Assembly: GCA_043228905.1 (NCBI GenBank)
Contig: JBHGNT010000001.1
Location: forward strand, 806,001 to 870,000
Direction of reading: 5' to 3'
From: Azolla caroliniana
Lineage: Eukaryota; Plantae; Polypodiophyta
Length of the DNA: 64,000 nucleotides
Part shown: positions 22,315 through 36,600 of the stretch, one piece after another
Layout: every line of letters begins with the position of its first letter
How positions within the stretch are numbered: position 1 is the first letter of the stretch
Made by a program: the position numbers and the translations under genes
Notes under the pieces: generated by a model
What the model was told of the DNA's origin: nothing
What the model saw: only the letters and a program-made list of their open reading frames with translations
The model's database searches: none

Positions 22315-25300
22315 TCAATCAAAACAAATTCCAGAATCGGTTCCATGTAAATCAAAATTTATATATTGAGAAATGACATCTTCATCATCCCCTAGATTGG
22401 TCATGTCTTCATTATCATCAATAAAGAGAGTGCCAGTATTCCGACCTTCAGAGCTATATATATTTGACATCATGGATGCATATTTTGCATCAGGTATCAA
22501 CTCATTAAAGGTAGCTGCCTCCCTTAAACCTCCTCGATTTTTACACATCACATCATGAGAAGATTGATACTCGCCGATATCATTATAATACCGTCTCCAA
22601 GAGCAAGTTTGTGTATCCTGCTCACCTTCTGTGCCAGATGAATCCATGATGAAATATGGATGCATAAAACTAGAAAGTTTATCGCCATCAGAATGGTTCT
22701 GTAAGTGAAATGGTTCATTTTGTTGGCTATGTAACTTCAAAGGAATAGATGATTGGCCACAACTAGCAAGCCACTCCAGGATAGTTTGATTTTGTGCATC
22801 ATTTGACAATGTGGCTTCAGCAAGTTTGCCAATGAAAGATTGGTTCTCAGAACAAAAACCAGGTCCTGAAACATCATTAGGCTGATTGTCATGCTTACAA
22901 GATGTTTGTTCTAATATCATATCATGGTCCTCCTTATTTGTGAAGTCATGTAGAAGTAACACTGATGCAAGTGATGCATCTTCAGTCAGCTCGTCAATAT
23001 CAAATGGATCTTTGTTGTTACTAACAGATGAGTTGCCTGCTTCCCAATTTCTTTGCTCCACATCAATACTTTCATGATCTTTGGCAGGATCAGGCTCTTT
23101 AGAACTTTGTGCCACACATATTTCTTCCTTTTTAGGGACTTCAGTGGAATCTGTCAGAGTATGAATCTTCTTTTCAGTTGAAGAATCCTCCACAGTAGTT
23201 GTTTGACCCGACAGATCACTCAGAGTAAGCATCCCCTTTGCTCCCAGCCATTGAAAATGTTTCAAACCAGCAGGTGTTTTTTTCTGCAGAAAAGCGTTGT
23301 TGACAATGAATCTGCAACACTGTAAAAGATAGCTGCTCTCTTTTAGAGCATTTGAAACACATTGTAACGGCAATTTTTTCTTGGCTTTGGTACTACTACA
23401 TTCTACATAGTGTTTGTGATGTTTACAGCTTGTAAAAACTCCGCTGGCTGACCCTTTTACCTTAAAAAATCCACTGGATACTTCATCAAGACTCTTCTGT
23501 GACACTGTATTATGTGCATTATCCCTCGAATTTGAAGTTGTATCAATGGCTTTTGCAACAATGATATCACATGCCTTCTCAAAGGCATCTGTGGCTATAT
23601 GACTTCCATCATCACCCTGAGTAGTCCTGTTCACTTTCGCCTGCATATTTCCATTAACATTAATAAGATTGCAGCATGCACCATTGTGAATAAATTCTGT
23701 GTTAACGTCATCCGAGCTTTCCGCCTCCAGTGTGATTCCACTGCTTCTGTCCCTCTCAGATATATCAGATACAACCTCATTGCATGTCATAGAAAAAATT
23801 CTATTATGTGTTGTAGAGAGAATTTTTGACTCCATTTCTTTGCTTCTTATACGTTTACTAGCTCTGTTTTCTTTTTCTTCTTGATGATCCACAGCATGTG
23901 TAACAACATGAGGTTCTATGTTCACGACAGAACATGAAATATCAGAGTCATTTCTGGTGGAATCTTTCTGTTTCCTGCTAAATCCATTATGTTGACTTCC
24001 AGTAATGTCTCTCTCTTTAACCTCAATTGTCCTAAATCTGCTCAGTGCTCCATACTGCTTAGCATATGGAGCCTTAGAAGGAAGATCTTCATTATGAATA
24101 GTATCCATCTGCCTTTTCTCTATCCCCTCAGATTTGTTCTTTTGAGATCCATTACATTTTATAAACACGCTGCATTTGTTAATATATTCATTATCTTTGC
24201 TCGATTGTTGAAGTCTGGCAACTTGTCTAGGGCCATCCTTAGTAAAGACTCCAGTCTGCTTAGAATCTGTCTTTTGCATTATCTGCCAAGGAAAGTAGCA
24301 TGAACAAATATTTTAACCAAGACGCATGAAAGATTTATTTTCCTCTATTACCTGGAGACTTTCGCGTGATCTTCCATCAATAGACACATTATTTGGTTCA
24401 CCTATTACCTGTACATTGAAATTAATGGTAAAACCCCTAGCATAATACAGTCCGTATGCCTATATGGATGTACATACCTTATGTACATTTCTCGGACAAG
24501 ATGATGAAGAATTGTTTGTATGCTTTCTATACAATTGTTGTACCTCCTTTTCGCTTTTTGTGTTTTGGCAAACCTGACTCCTAAAATTTGAAGGTCACTA
24601 GGTCATTAAAAGAAATTCAAACCAAAGAAGATTATGTTTCATAATTTGTTTCATTTACAGATATTTCCACTCTATGAACCAAAAATAAGTTGCAGATGCC
24701 ATAAATAAATAATAATAATAATATACAATGTTACATACTGGTCTGTGCTGGAAATAGTTGCCTCTGTATCCTCTTCTTGTTCAGCGATGATCTTCTCTGT
24801 TTTAATTTTGTCTTTGAACAACAGAAATTTCAATAAGCTAAAATTTAAAAAATTTAAGAAAAGCTACTGTTATGACTATAGTTCTTGTAGAATATACAAA
24901 GCACTTGTAATTTACACTGTTACATGTATCACTTTGTGTAGATTAAAATCGAATTTTTATAACAAACCCTAGAGACCAGATAAAAACTCTTAACTACAAT
25001 AATTAACACATGCAGAATATCACCACAGACAAACATTTCATCACTACATTGCATACGAACTGGAAATTACTTTATTTAAACAAGAAAATATAGAAGGAAA
25101 ACTGCTGATGTGCATTTAGTGGGAAATCTAAAGAAGGTAATACAAAAAGAAGAAAGAAAGAAATATATATTAACGTCTTTAATAGGCCAAAATAGCGAAA
25201 GAGACTGAATGAAAGATTACATCTTAAAATATTCTCTCAACATTGAGAACAAACCAAAAATATAACTATATTAGTAAAACTGTCTGCAGTACTAGATAAT

Positions 25301-28300
25301 CTTGTTAACCAAGCGCTTAACTTTCTAAGGGTAGATGGACCGAAACATCTGGCCTTTGAAGTCTTCAACAAGGGCTGGTTGATCCAAGATGAAGAGATCT
25401 CCAAACCGAGCAAAGCAGCTTTGATGTGAGTTGACGATGGCCTTGATTATCAATAACAAATGTGACAAGGATGTGGTCCAAGTGGACGTACCCTAGAACT
25501 TTTTACTATGCCACATGAAATTCTATGCCTTAACAACACCTTACCTCTCATAGACATGGCTTCTGGCTGATCCAAGATGAAAAGATCTCCAAAGCGAGGG
25601 AAGCAACTTTGATGTGAGTTGACAATGGCCTTGATTATCAATAACAAATGTGACAAGCATGTGGTTCAAGTGGACGTAGCCTATAGTCTTTTACTATGCC
25701 ACACAGAATTCTATGCCTTAACAACACCTTAACTCTCATAGACATGGCCTCTCTTAGCTTCCAAATATTTGTTTATCATTGGCAGTTGTGATTGTCAAAC
25801 AAGGTTGATCATGTGTCTCTACTCAAACCCTATAATGTTCTCCAATTCTTTCCTTTCGCATTCTTACATTGGGCCATTATCTTACTCAAACCCCACTGGC
25901 CTTTACTGAAGGCAAGTTGATGGGAACTGACTATATACTACAGAAGTTTAAACCTTCAGGCTTCTTCAGACCACAAGAGATGATTCATCATCTTACTCAA
26001 CCCCACTGGCCTTTACGGAAGGCAAGTTGATGGGAACTAATTATATATTACAGAAGTTTGAACCGTCAGGCTTCTTCTGAACACAAGAGATGATTCATGG
26101 CTTCCTCATAGCGGAGCATCTCATCACATGACTTGCAAAAATGAATGAGGTAACTCTTTGATGCCTATCAAAGAGCCCATTGATGCAACAGTTGGCAAAA
26201 CTGCAAAATGCCACCTGAAGAGCCCATATACTTTTCTTTTCCAGCTCAAAATGGTGAGTTTGAAGATCTTTCTGATGTTTTTCTGGTACCTCAACTAAAA
26301 GAGAACCAAATGTCAACTTCCACACTAGTGGATTGCGAATTGGCGACACTCGAGTCTTCGAAAAAACTAGTGAAGAGATCTAAAACACAGATGACTAGGT
26401 ATTTGGTAACACAATGTGAAACATGTTTGAGATACTCGCTCTCAGTCACATATGACGAGACAGCTGATAAAGTTGTGGCAAGAGAACTATTGGCACTCGC
26501 AAATATCCAATTCTTGAAGTGATGTGGATCATTGCACAATTGCCTGCATTTAGGAAGGTGCAACCATGTCAGGCTTATATGAAGGGCAAGCAGTACAAAT
26601 TTGTTTCCCTATAGTGCATATATCAAGTAAAGATTCCTCTAGCGTTTGTAATTTCGAATCTTACTCAGAAATACTCTATGTAGGCACTGGACATAGTTCC
26701 TACTACATTCTGATTATCAACAATTATAGAATGCATAGTTGTAAAATACTTAGCATACATTATGTGTACAATAAGTATGCTTAGTATTTTTAACACATTC
26801 TACCTTTTTATAATAAAAAATACTTAGAAAACATATTCTAAAGACAGAATACGTTAAATAGTTCTTATATTTGCATTGCATCTAATAATTTTTTTATTAA
26901 TTTTGATCTCTCTAATTAATAGACCTATCACACAATAAAACCTCATGTAATCAAGGAATCGTGCCAAAACATTTGCGCAATGAAAAATTCCTTTCAACTC
27001 GGAAGAAATTTTTATTTATCTTTAGGAAACGTAAAATACTTGTTAGGTACGTCGAATAGTTAGAATACATTAAATGTGTGGAGCATTTTGAAATGGCAGT
27101 TCTAAAATGTAGAGTATGTGTTAAATACTTCAGAAAGTATTCTAAAATGTAATTTATGCATAAAATACACGTTTTTAAAAACTATGATAGCATGCATAAG
27201 TGAATGTATTCTATACAGATTAAGTCTCAAGCGTCTGGGTATTACATAACGGTGGCAAAAGATGGTGAACAATGAGATTCAGACAAATCAAGGAGAATTA
27301 GAAAGGAAGAAGTTGACAAGTCTCTAAACAATGGGAGATCTGAACCTAACTCAACAAAATCGTATTGTGCATCGCCACAACCAAACCACCACAAAGATAG
27401 CATGACATATGGATGAAGCTAAATGATTGCCAAGTCATTTTGGGCTGACAATATCAGCATGGCAGTTTCGACCTTTGATAAATTAAGGCCTAAAGGAAAA
27501 GGCATTATTTTAGAATTATTCAAGTGACAAAGGCATGAGTTTAGGTTCAATGGCTTCCAACTTTCTTATTCAATTTCAATGACAGCTTCACAACTAGAAA
27601 GAGTGCTTCAGTTAGAAAATGTTTGTAATTAAGTTCTTCAATAATGCACAAAGGCCCTTGACATCATGAATTGCACCAGCTAGCCCATAAATTTATCATA
27701 TGGTTTATATTGGAAATATAATATGTGATAGGATGAATATCTATCAAATGATTCCAACACTTTCTAATATAAATGCAGCATCTTAAACATCACCAACGTC
27801 TAGCTGTAGTTTCATCTGCATTAGCCATGCAAGATGAGAATTGCAAGAAGTAATGGATGGTATAAGAAAATGAGCAGCCTGAACACAGGAGACCATATTT
27901 GTAGAATATTTCTAGATGTTCTCCAATAAATTAGAATTTCCTATTGTATGCATGACTGACACTCATAAAACTTCTAGAAATATATGACGCAATTTTCTAT
28001 CAAAATGGGGTCATTGCCTTAATAATATTGGAATATAAGTTCCCTGCTAGAGCACGACTAATCAAAAGAACGCCCATCAAAGGAATTTGCTTGAGCTAGA
28101 GCACCACTCTAATTACTGAAATTTCTGGACAAGGACACTGAATTTGGCAGTTGGTGTTATTAAAAAATGTTTGTTCAGAATTCTAACAGACGGGTCCCTA
28201 ATATAATGGTGGCAGACATTTGGCCCCTTCAGCTTCTTAGGTGGAACTCCATCTCAGAATAACTTACAAGATTACTCTTTAAAGGATTACAATGTCTTAA

Positions 28301-31139
28301 TGACCATGATTTAAGATAAAGAAGACATCATAAACTCTCAATTCTTAATTCCAAATATTCATATCATGTGAAATTGGTCCAATATCTTTTGTATATTCAA
28401 CTATAGAATACGACTCAAGAAAGGGTTGAAAAAATTCAAATACAGAATTACATCACATTAATTGATATGGAAGGCACAATCTAGACTGATAGGACACAGA
28501 TTCAATAATCAAAAGTATGCTCCTCTACATACAGAAAATATGCAGCCCTTACCTGATGCTTCAGCGAACCTTCGCATGGCATCATTTTTATTTATGTTTA
28601 AATAGGAATTTACGTAAGCTGTGCTCTTGAAACCATCTCCATACTGAGCACAATGCTGTTGCTTACAATCAGGTCTGAAAACACATGATCGAAATCAGAT
28701 TAGATTTAAATTCAAAATTTTGAATTTTTAGAAATTAACCATCCCTAAATCCTGAGACAACTCACTTATCTCCTAAAACTTGATGTCCATGACAGTTTCC
28801 TGCTTGGGCATTGGTTATTAATGCTTGTGGAGCATTCACCAAGGTTGTTTGGTTCTTCCCTGAATTTTTTAAGATGTTAAATTCCTTGAATATGGACTGA
28901 TAATTCGGCATTCAAAAGACTCATAACTTTCTGACAATATACACTCAAATAAGTATCACAAAGATACTTTTTGCCCTCCCAAGATTGTATACCTCCAAAA
29001 GTTGAACAAGAATAAGATGCATCTGATTCGACATGTTCATTCAAGGGAGTGCATTGACTGCTCTCTGGATTTGAAGCTTTGTACTCCCTCATGCAAAGAA
29101 TTTTCTCATCTTGAATTTCAGGAACTGAAAAGTGTGCTTCAAAAACTGAAGACGAATGGCATGTACTGTATCTTGAAAATTCTGTAAGTGGTTCAAAATG
29201 TTCCTGCTTATTCCTCAGATAATTTTGAGGATACCGCTTGCTCGAAAGAAACTCTTTATCTATATTACTTTGATGTAAATGGTTTCCTTGAGCGTATTTT
29301 GTAAACTTAAATGTATTCCTGAAATGCTGTACAGCAGTGATGTCAGAAACTATCTTGTTCCCCTATTACTCTTACTCTCAAAAAAGAAAATCAGACTAGG
29401 AAAAGGTAGTTAATTTCAAGCTTTACGAAAATATTTGAGTTTCCGCTCAAAAAAGGATTGTGTTTACATTGCCTCATAACGTCACAAATATTAGTTCACA
29501 GACAAAATCGATGTGTGCATACAAGGTTTTACATCGACATGAAATGGTTTCAGAAGGGAAAAAGGGTAGATTGATGTCTCTTAAGAGGCCAATTCAAATG
29601 TAACATCTAGGAGAACAATGAACCAAAGTAAGTACGAATGGTATAATTTGACGAATCTGAGACACTACAAATGGTAAAAAGTTTCTACCACAAAAATCAT
29701 ATTGTGTGCTTACCTGGGATACGCCGCCTTTCCTCAATGTTGCATTTCTCCAGTCCTCAGGTTCCCTTGAGTTATAGTTTCTCGGACCTTGTGATGTAGC
29801 TAGCGGTTGAGGCAGCAGTTGTGGTTGTGGTCTTGGCTGTGGCTGTACTTGTGCTGGTGCTTGTGGTTGCGGTGGTATCAGTAGCTGTGGTGGTTGGTTT
29901 GATTGAGAACCAGAGGGGTTAGCCAAATACGAATGTGCATTCAAATTCATCACTGGCACTCCTATAACAGTTCCACCAGCATCATATGTCTGGAAATTCG
30001 ACCCACATGCACCCACTGCAGATGGGAACATTGGCGATGCATACATGGAAGAGTTTTCTGGGCATTTCATCTGGGGAAATAACTGGGGATGATGTGTATA
30101 TGAAACACCCTGGTATGATGTCTGAGACATTGATTGTGAGTGTGGATTCTGCTTATTAAAACATCGTGGATGTTCGAGTTGATGTGGATCATGTGGTTGC
30201 TGATAAGAATGTATTTGGAGTTGCTGATATGACTGTAAGTGAGAATCATGAACCTGCTGATACGAACGTTGAAGTTCATGTGAATGTGGATTGTGCGATT
30301 TCTGGTATGAACATTGAAGTTCATGTGAATGCTGATATGGATATAGGTGAGGATCATTTTCCTGTGGATGTGGTGGTGGTGGTGGTGGCGGCGGTAGAAC
30401 TTGTGAATGTGATGTTTGTTGATATGAATGTGATATATGTCCATGCGAAAATGACATATGTTGATGTGTCTGTTCGCACAAATGAGATATGTGGGGATCA
30501 TGTGGATGTGATATATGTGGTTGTGTATGTGGATCATGTGGATGTGTTGGATATTGTTTATCAGTAAATGACATTCCAACACCGAAAGTGCAAGTAGTGT
30601 TCTGAGAATGATCATTCAAGCTTTCAACAATCACAACATTGCTGTGCCGAGGTTCAAATCCTGGCGGATACACTGATTCATTCTGTTGAGAAGTACACGG
30701 AATAGTTTGTGCTTGGCACGGTTCTGCCACAAAATTCTGGTTTGACGAAACCATATTCCTGTTTGAAGATGCCATATTTACATTGGATGATACCACATTA
30801 CCATTCGAAGAAAGCGAATTATCATTAGCCTTGACTTGGCATGGATCTAAAGGCTTTCCACAAGAAGCTAACATAGCTTGATGTGGTACTTGTCGGGTCT
30901 GATCAGAAAATTTTAATTCAAAAATTATTGTTACTATTATGCAATAAGTTGTTGTAACCTGTTGCACTGGAAAAAGAAGAAGAAGAAGAAGAAGAAGAAA
31001 CAAGAATACCAACAGAGACAGGAGGGAATGTTTGGGGACTTACTTCTTGCAGAGAAGAATCTTGATTATGAAACCCAAGAGAAGGGATAACACCACGGTT
31101 GCCTGCAACAGCGGCGGGGAAGGATTGGTGAGGGACCAT
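22315..31139 (-). CDS. Large multi-exon protein of unknown function (His/Gln/Pro-rich N-terminus, Ser/Asp-rich C-terminus)
   Basis: Phase-compatible GT-AG exons 31139-31044, 30898-29714, 29326-~28990, then 24796-24739, 24580-24478, 24408-24352, 24282-22315; middle exons (28860-28553) are ambiguous; no domain recognised. Confidence 0.55.
25375..26098. repeat. Two adjacent tandem duplications (188 bp x2; ~111 bp x2) in an intron
   Basis: 25375-25562 ~ 25563-25750; 25879-25989 ~ 25990-26098. Confidence 0.85.
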
Positions 31140-31831
31140 ATCTTTCTTTCTTTGTATGCCAGGCTGTCTTTCTTCCTATCTCTCTGTTTTTGCCGCAGCG
31201 TTCTGCTTCTGATTCCGTCTATCTTTTCACTGCGTTTCATCAATCGCCGGCCATGGCTGCGGAGGAGGAGGCAAGGGTGCCTGCCATGATATGATGGAAG
31301 GGAGGGAGGGAAGGAGGGTTTATGTATGCTATGTATATAAATACATACACAAATATGTATAAGTACATAGTAAGAATATGTACATACATATGTGAAGGTT
31401 TTAAGGGGGTTTTAAGGCCCCCCCTTATTTGTAATCAGGATTCGAACCTTGCACCTCTCCCTCATTTGCAAAACCTCATCGGAAGAGTATTTTTGTTTTT
31501 GTTCTGCCTCCCACTACGCTCGCTTCATCCTGTCGTGAACTCGGTCGCTGCCTTGCAATTGCAATAATGAGCCCTCCCGCTCCCACCCACCTTGGGGTAC
31601 ATCGTAAACCAACACCCCCAAGCAAGGAGTTCTTACGATATTCCAAACCACTTTGTTGCTAGTTGGTGAACTTGCCTGATAATATCCCAAACTTGCATCA
31701 CATGGCGATTTGTTGTGATATACTAAAAAAAAACCATGCACTTCGTACCTAGTAAACTCATTTGGTTTATTTCAAGCTCGCCTCACACAATGACTCTTGT
31801 AGTATCAAAACCTTTTTCACCAAGTGGTCCT

Positions 31832-31836
<5 letters not shown>

Positions 31837-31890
<54 letters not shown>

Positions 31891-31914
31891 ACATGAGAGA
31901 GAGAGAGAGAGAGA
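31837..31914. repeat. (TG)n/(GA)n compound microsatellite
   Basis: Directly visible. Confidence 0.95.
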
Positions 31915-33683
31915 ACATGCAATGTTACGTATGATGATGTATTAAACATAGTGGAGATTATTATACGATTACAAACCTACTCATAAACTTTATAACTCAA
32001 TAACAAATACATGGACGAGAGTTAATTTCTATACGAGATGTTCTATTTATACTTCCATAAAAAACCAATGAGTGGCATATCATGAAGTATCTCCAACATT
32101 CAACATAACGAGTATCTCAATTTGCTCGTATAACACATGCTCCAAGGAGTGTATGCCCATACACTAGCTCTAAATGAGCTTCAGATGACAACATGGCCCT
32201 TCAGGTTCAAATGTGTCATATGGTCATTTGAATGAAGAGCTTGGCTTTCTTTTCCCTACAACTTCAATCCCCCTTGAGGGCAGTGGATCAAAGTGGATGT
32301 AGGCTAATGGATATTGAAAATGGTCTAATCTTGTTTGCCTCGATTGCCTCTTGGAAGGATGTCCGTCGTCTAATTATAATTACTGTGGATACGTTGAAGG
32401 TTCCTTGCGTATTGTATTTTTCTTAGTTTTGTTGCAAATAATTAAGACTACTCTATTGTTGTGGATGTTGAAGTACGTTGATATTTGCTTAAAACAAACA
32501 AATCCACACAAAACAATCATGAAATCCTTGTATGCTCTACCCTTATATTTCATAAAGCCAAGCTTAATTGTTTTTCGTTGCTCTAAGAGATGTCACCACA
32601 CACGGATGAAATTTGCAAATTTACAATTTATCAATATGTTAGGTTGTTTGGCCAAGTCAACATTCATGTAATTGTGGAAAATGTTTTATATTCTCTCTTT
32701 AAATAGGATATTATGATCCAAATCGTTTATAATAAATTTCATTACACACTCAATTCATTCCAAGCAGGGGTATGCAATGTTTGAATGAGATAGCTAAGGA
32801 GACAAACTATAAAGTCGAGGTTGGTGCAAGTGATAGTTGTGTAGATAGAATTATTGATGATGCATCAATATTATGTGCATGTTGGATTAACTACGACACA
32901 TTGTTGTACGTGAACCTGCTCGTTTTATGAGTTTTAAACATTCATTTTGTAGAGGCACCACCCCTCAACATAACCAATGAAAATACAACGCAAACAATAA
33001 TCATCTTTGCCACGGGGACAAAGACCTATTTGTAGTTAGTGCCACGTGTTTGGGCATATCCTTTCACCACTAGGAAAACCTTGTTCCCATTGAGAGAGCC
33101 ATCGAGTCATGCTTCCTCTTATACATCCATCGTCAATATCTAATGGTCTTCTTAAGCGGTGGATTCAAAACAAGTTCCCACGCCTAGATATTGTATAGGG
33201 GATGCATCTCCTTGGTGATGACCTCACATAATTACTAAGGATATTAGGCCACCTCCACAAACTTATCCAAATTAGGGAAGACTGTGTATGGCCTGACTCT
33301 GAAGATGTAGTTTTGTACCAACCATGTAGCCATTATACATGAATATGAGGATATGGCATAGTCGACACGAGTCTTCTCCCATCGCATCCCAATACATACA
33401 TAATGCTATATTGTCTTACATCGAAGAGAATGTGAACCAAGCGGGTGGTGGATGGGATGGCGGACGAAAGGGATGGGGATGGGGCTTTTCTGGTGATTTT
33501 CGGGGCGGGGTCTCAAGACCCGAGCCGAGGTCGGGTCATGGAGATGGATGGGGTTTCTTTTTGTAATTTGTTTGGTGCGGTGCAACACAATGTGGAATAA
33601 AAAGGGAGGGGAGGGGCATCGCTCTCCATTTGCGGAGTTGAAATTTGGCGTCGCCATCTCTCCATTTGTTGGAGAGGAAGGAG

Positions 33684-36600
33684 ATGTTGTGCCGAATTAG
33701 GGTTTCCACAGTCTGCCTAAACCTGGTTCCCGATTCTTCTCGTCTACTCGGACATCCTCATCTTCATCGACTACGCCAGGTAATTGCCCGCCCACACAGA
33801 CCTTTACCTTTCCTTACGTTCTCCACTTTAGCACAATTGGAGGAAGTAATAAAACCCAACCAGGTTTTACCGGAACTCAAAAAAAGCTTAAAACTGCTAG
33901 AGATTTATTTTGCATGTTTTAGGGCTTATTTTGTGAGTTGACAGTTCAAACTTTACTTTTTGGGGTTTCTGTTGTATGATGGAAAATAAAAATTGTATGT
34001 TTTCCCGCAGGTTTATTCGTGTTTCTTCTATTATTTTGGATTTCCTTTGTGTGATAGAAGGAAAAAATGCTAACTTTTCTTCTAGGATTTAGCGAGAATT
34101 GCTAGCATTTTAATTTCTATTCCATTATTGTATCAAATCCTAATACCTTCTTTCGCATAAATGAATCCCTATATCATTTAAGAAAACTAAACTTTCTAAG
34201 AAACCCTAAGAATTGCTCAATCTTATAGCACAAGAGGAACCCAAACTCGTAAGAAGACCTAAAAAGCATAAGAAACCCAGTTCCTTTTACTTATTTTCAT
34301 GCTAAAAGAACAGTAAAATTTGTAAGAGACCCGTAACTTGTGTTGGAATATTTATTGCCTTCTTGAAGGCTCCTCATAGTACGAAGTCGATCCAGTCTAG
34401 AAATCTGTATCATGCTCGTCATCATCATCATCAGACGAGGTGGACTCCACATTCATTTTCTTCAATCCACCATTATGAGAGACATAAATCTACTCCATGG
34501 AAACATGGATCTTCTCGAGGCTTCTATGCCAGCGCCTCTGGTGGTGCTGGATCATCTGGGATGCGGAAATGTATCAATATTACGCTCTTCCAAGGTATCA
34601 GGTGGTTTCCTTGTCATGAATTCGTCCGAGCATCTTTCGGTATGGTGGATAAGACAAAATTATCAAATGTAAATGATGATGATACTCATGATGATCCTTC
34701 ACGACCTAGCCGCCAGGCTTCTGTCACTTCTATGTCTCAAGGAAAGGGGATCTTATATGCAGAAGGCGATAAGGATGGTGAAGAAGATGATTTGTTTGTA
34801 CACCTTGATCGAACTGTTCCTTCTACTAGTGCTTCAATTTCACAACAAAGTAGGATCTCTAATGCCCAAGATGATAATGAAGATGATTTCTCATGGTTTG
34901 ACACATGTGATGGCAACTCCAATGGTAGAAATTCGAATGGTTCCAATGGCTTGAAACCATGCTCAGATCATGACAGAGATGGTGATGGTGGAATGCCGAA
35001 AAAACGTAGGTCATGGTTTTCGTTGCCGTCAATGCAACACCTATCTTCCGATGAATCAAAAACGGTTTTCACAACTTTCTTGGTGTCATTGATGTTCAGA
35101 TGGTTTGTAGCTGAGCCTAGGTTCATCCCAACACTGTCAATGTATCCTACATTCAATGTTGGTGATCGCATAATTGCCGAAAAGGTAATATAGAAATCAT
35201 ATTCCCAAAAAGGTTATTGTGTTTCAAGTTTGTTCATAATGGTTCAAGCAGTTCATTGTCAAACATGGAATGGAAAAATGAAGTCAAAAGATTTGGTTAA
35301 AAAGGTTTGTATTACCTGTGTAGGTCAGTGTAGCCATTACCTCAGATCATGGTGATCTTGTGTTGAAATCCAAATTTTATGCCAAATAATCTGATAGATC
35401 GCATTCGTAGTTCAAAAGGTGCAGAAAGGAAAATACTTTTCTTTCCTTTCCAGAGAAAGGAAGAGAGGATTTAAATCTGAAAAACTTATAATGTCTTCAA
35501 GTGAAACTTCTCGATATCATTATGACATTTTAAGATTGTTTACGTATAACTAGCAATGTGGAAAATATTTCTCTCATAGTTCTATTATTCCCTGTTATCT
35601 TTTCATTATCAACAAGATAGACTCCATATAGATATATATATTAAAAATCCTAATTTCTCAGCATTATTGCATGCTATGATTTAATACTGAAAAGTAAGGT
35701 CATATTATGAATTGTGATCCTTAAAAATATATTTTTCTTTTACTTTCTTGCATGCAGTTCTAAACGTAGTGAAGGATTGCTTCATCTGATTTTTGCAGTT
35801 GCCTTTCTCACAGGAACATATATGCAGTTCTTAAGATTCGAAGAGGGTTTGTAGATCAGGTCATGTAAACACATACATGGGGAACATATTTTCTTGCATT
35901 TTATGGTGTTTTGGCATTGAGAGTTTGAAGTTTTATTGAGAAGTAGTACAGCCATTACAGATAGTCCAATCATTCTATTGCTAGTTTGAACTTTGGAATT
36001 TGAGGCATTTTTCAATTAATAAACTTGTAAAGAAATATCTGTGTGAAATGTGGAAGGATCTTGAATGATTTTTAATGTGAACTATATCTGTAAATTGCTT
36101 GATATCTGCATTTGCCTGATGTCTAATTGGATTATAAATTCATGCAGGTATCATACTATTTTAAGACGCCAAATATTAATGACATTGTCCTCTTCAGGGT
36201 TCCGCAAACTTTGCAGGTAATAGGTGGCAAGTTGTGTTGTTTTTTATGTGAATTTCTTCATGTGCTCATTTTGTCACATATTAGATAATTTCAACTTATC
36301 ATGCTAAACAGAAGTTTGGCTACAACAGCGAGGCAGTTTTTGTTAAGAGAGTTGTTGCAAAAGCGGGTGATATTGTAGAGGTCAGTATAAATACAACATA
36401 TTGTCATATTGTAGAGGTCAGCATCTTTACGGAGATGTATATTATTGTTTTTCATACGTTTGCTTTTGTATTTTCCTCTCATATAAAATACCTACATATG
36501 TTTTTTAAACACTTTACACATCTCAATTTCCTTATGGAAACACGTTTTCAAGGTGGAAAAATAAGCATTTAGCGTATAGACTACCAGAGCTTGAAAAACA

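Noticed and set aside
28596-28602. TTTAAAC slippery heptamer (minus strand) at the frame break of the unknown gene
   Set aside because: A -1 shift would go in the wrong direction to join the two frames
30067-30615. His/Ile-rich and Val/Asp-rich alternative-frame ORFs
   Set aside because: Shadows of the CAT-rich repeats in the 29594-31012 frame
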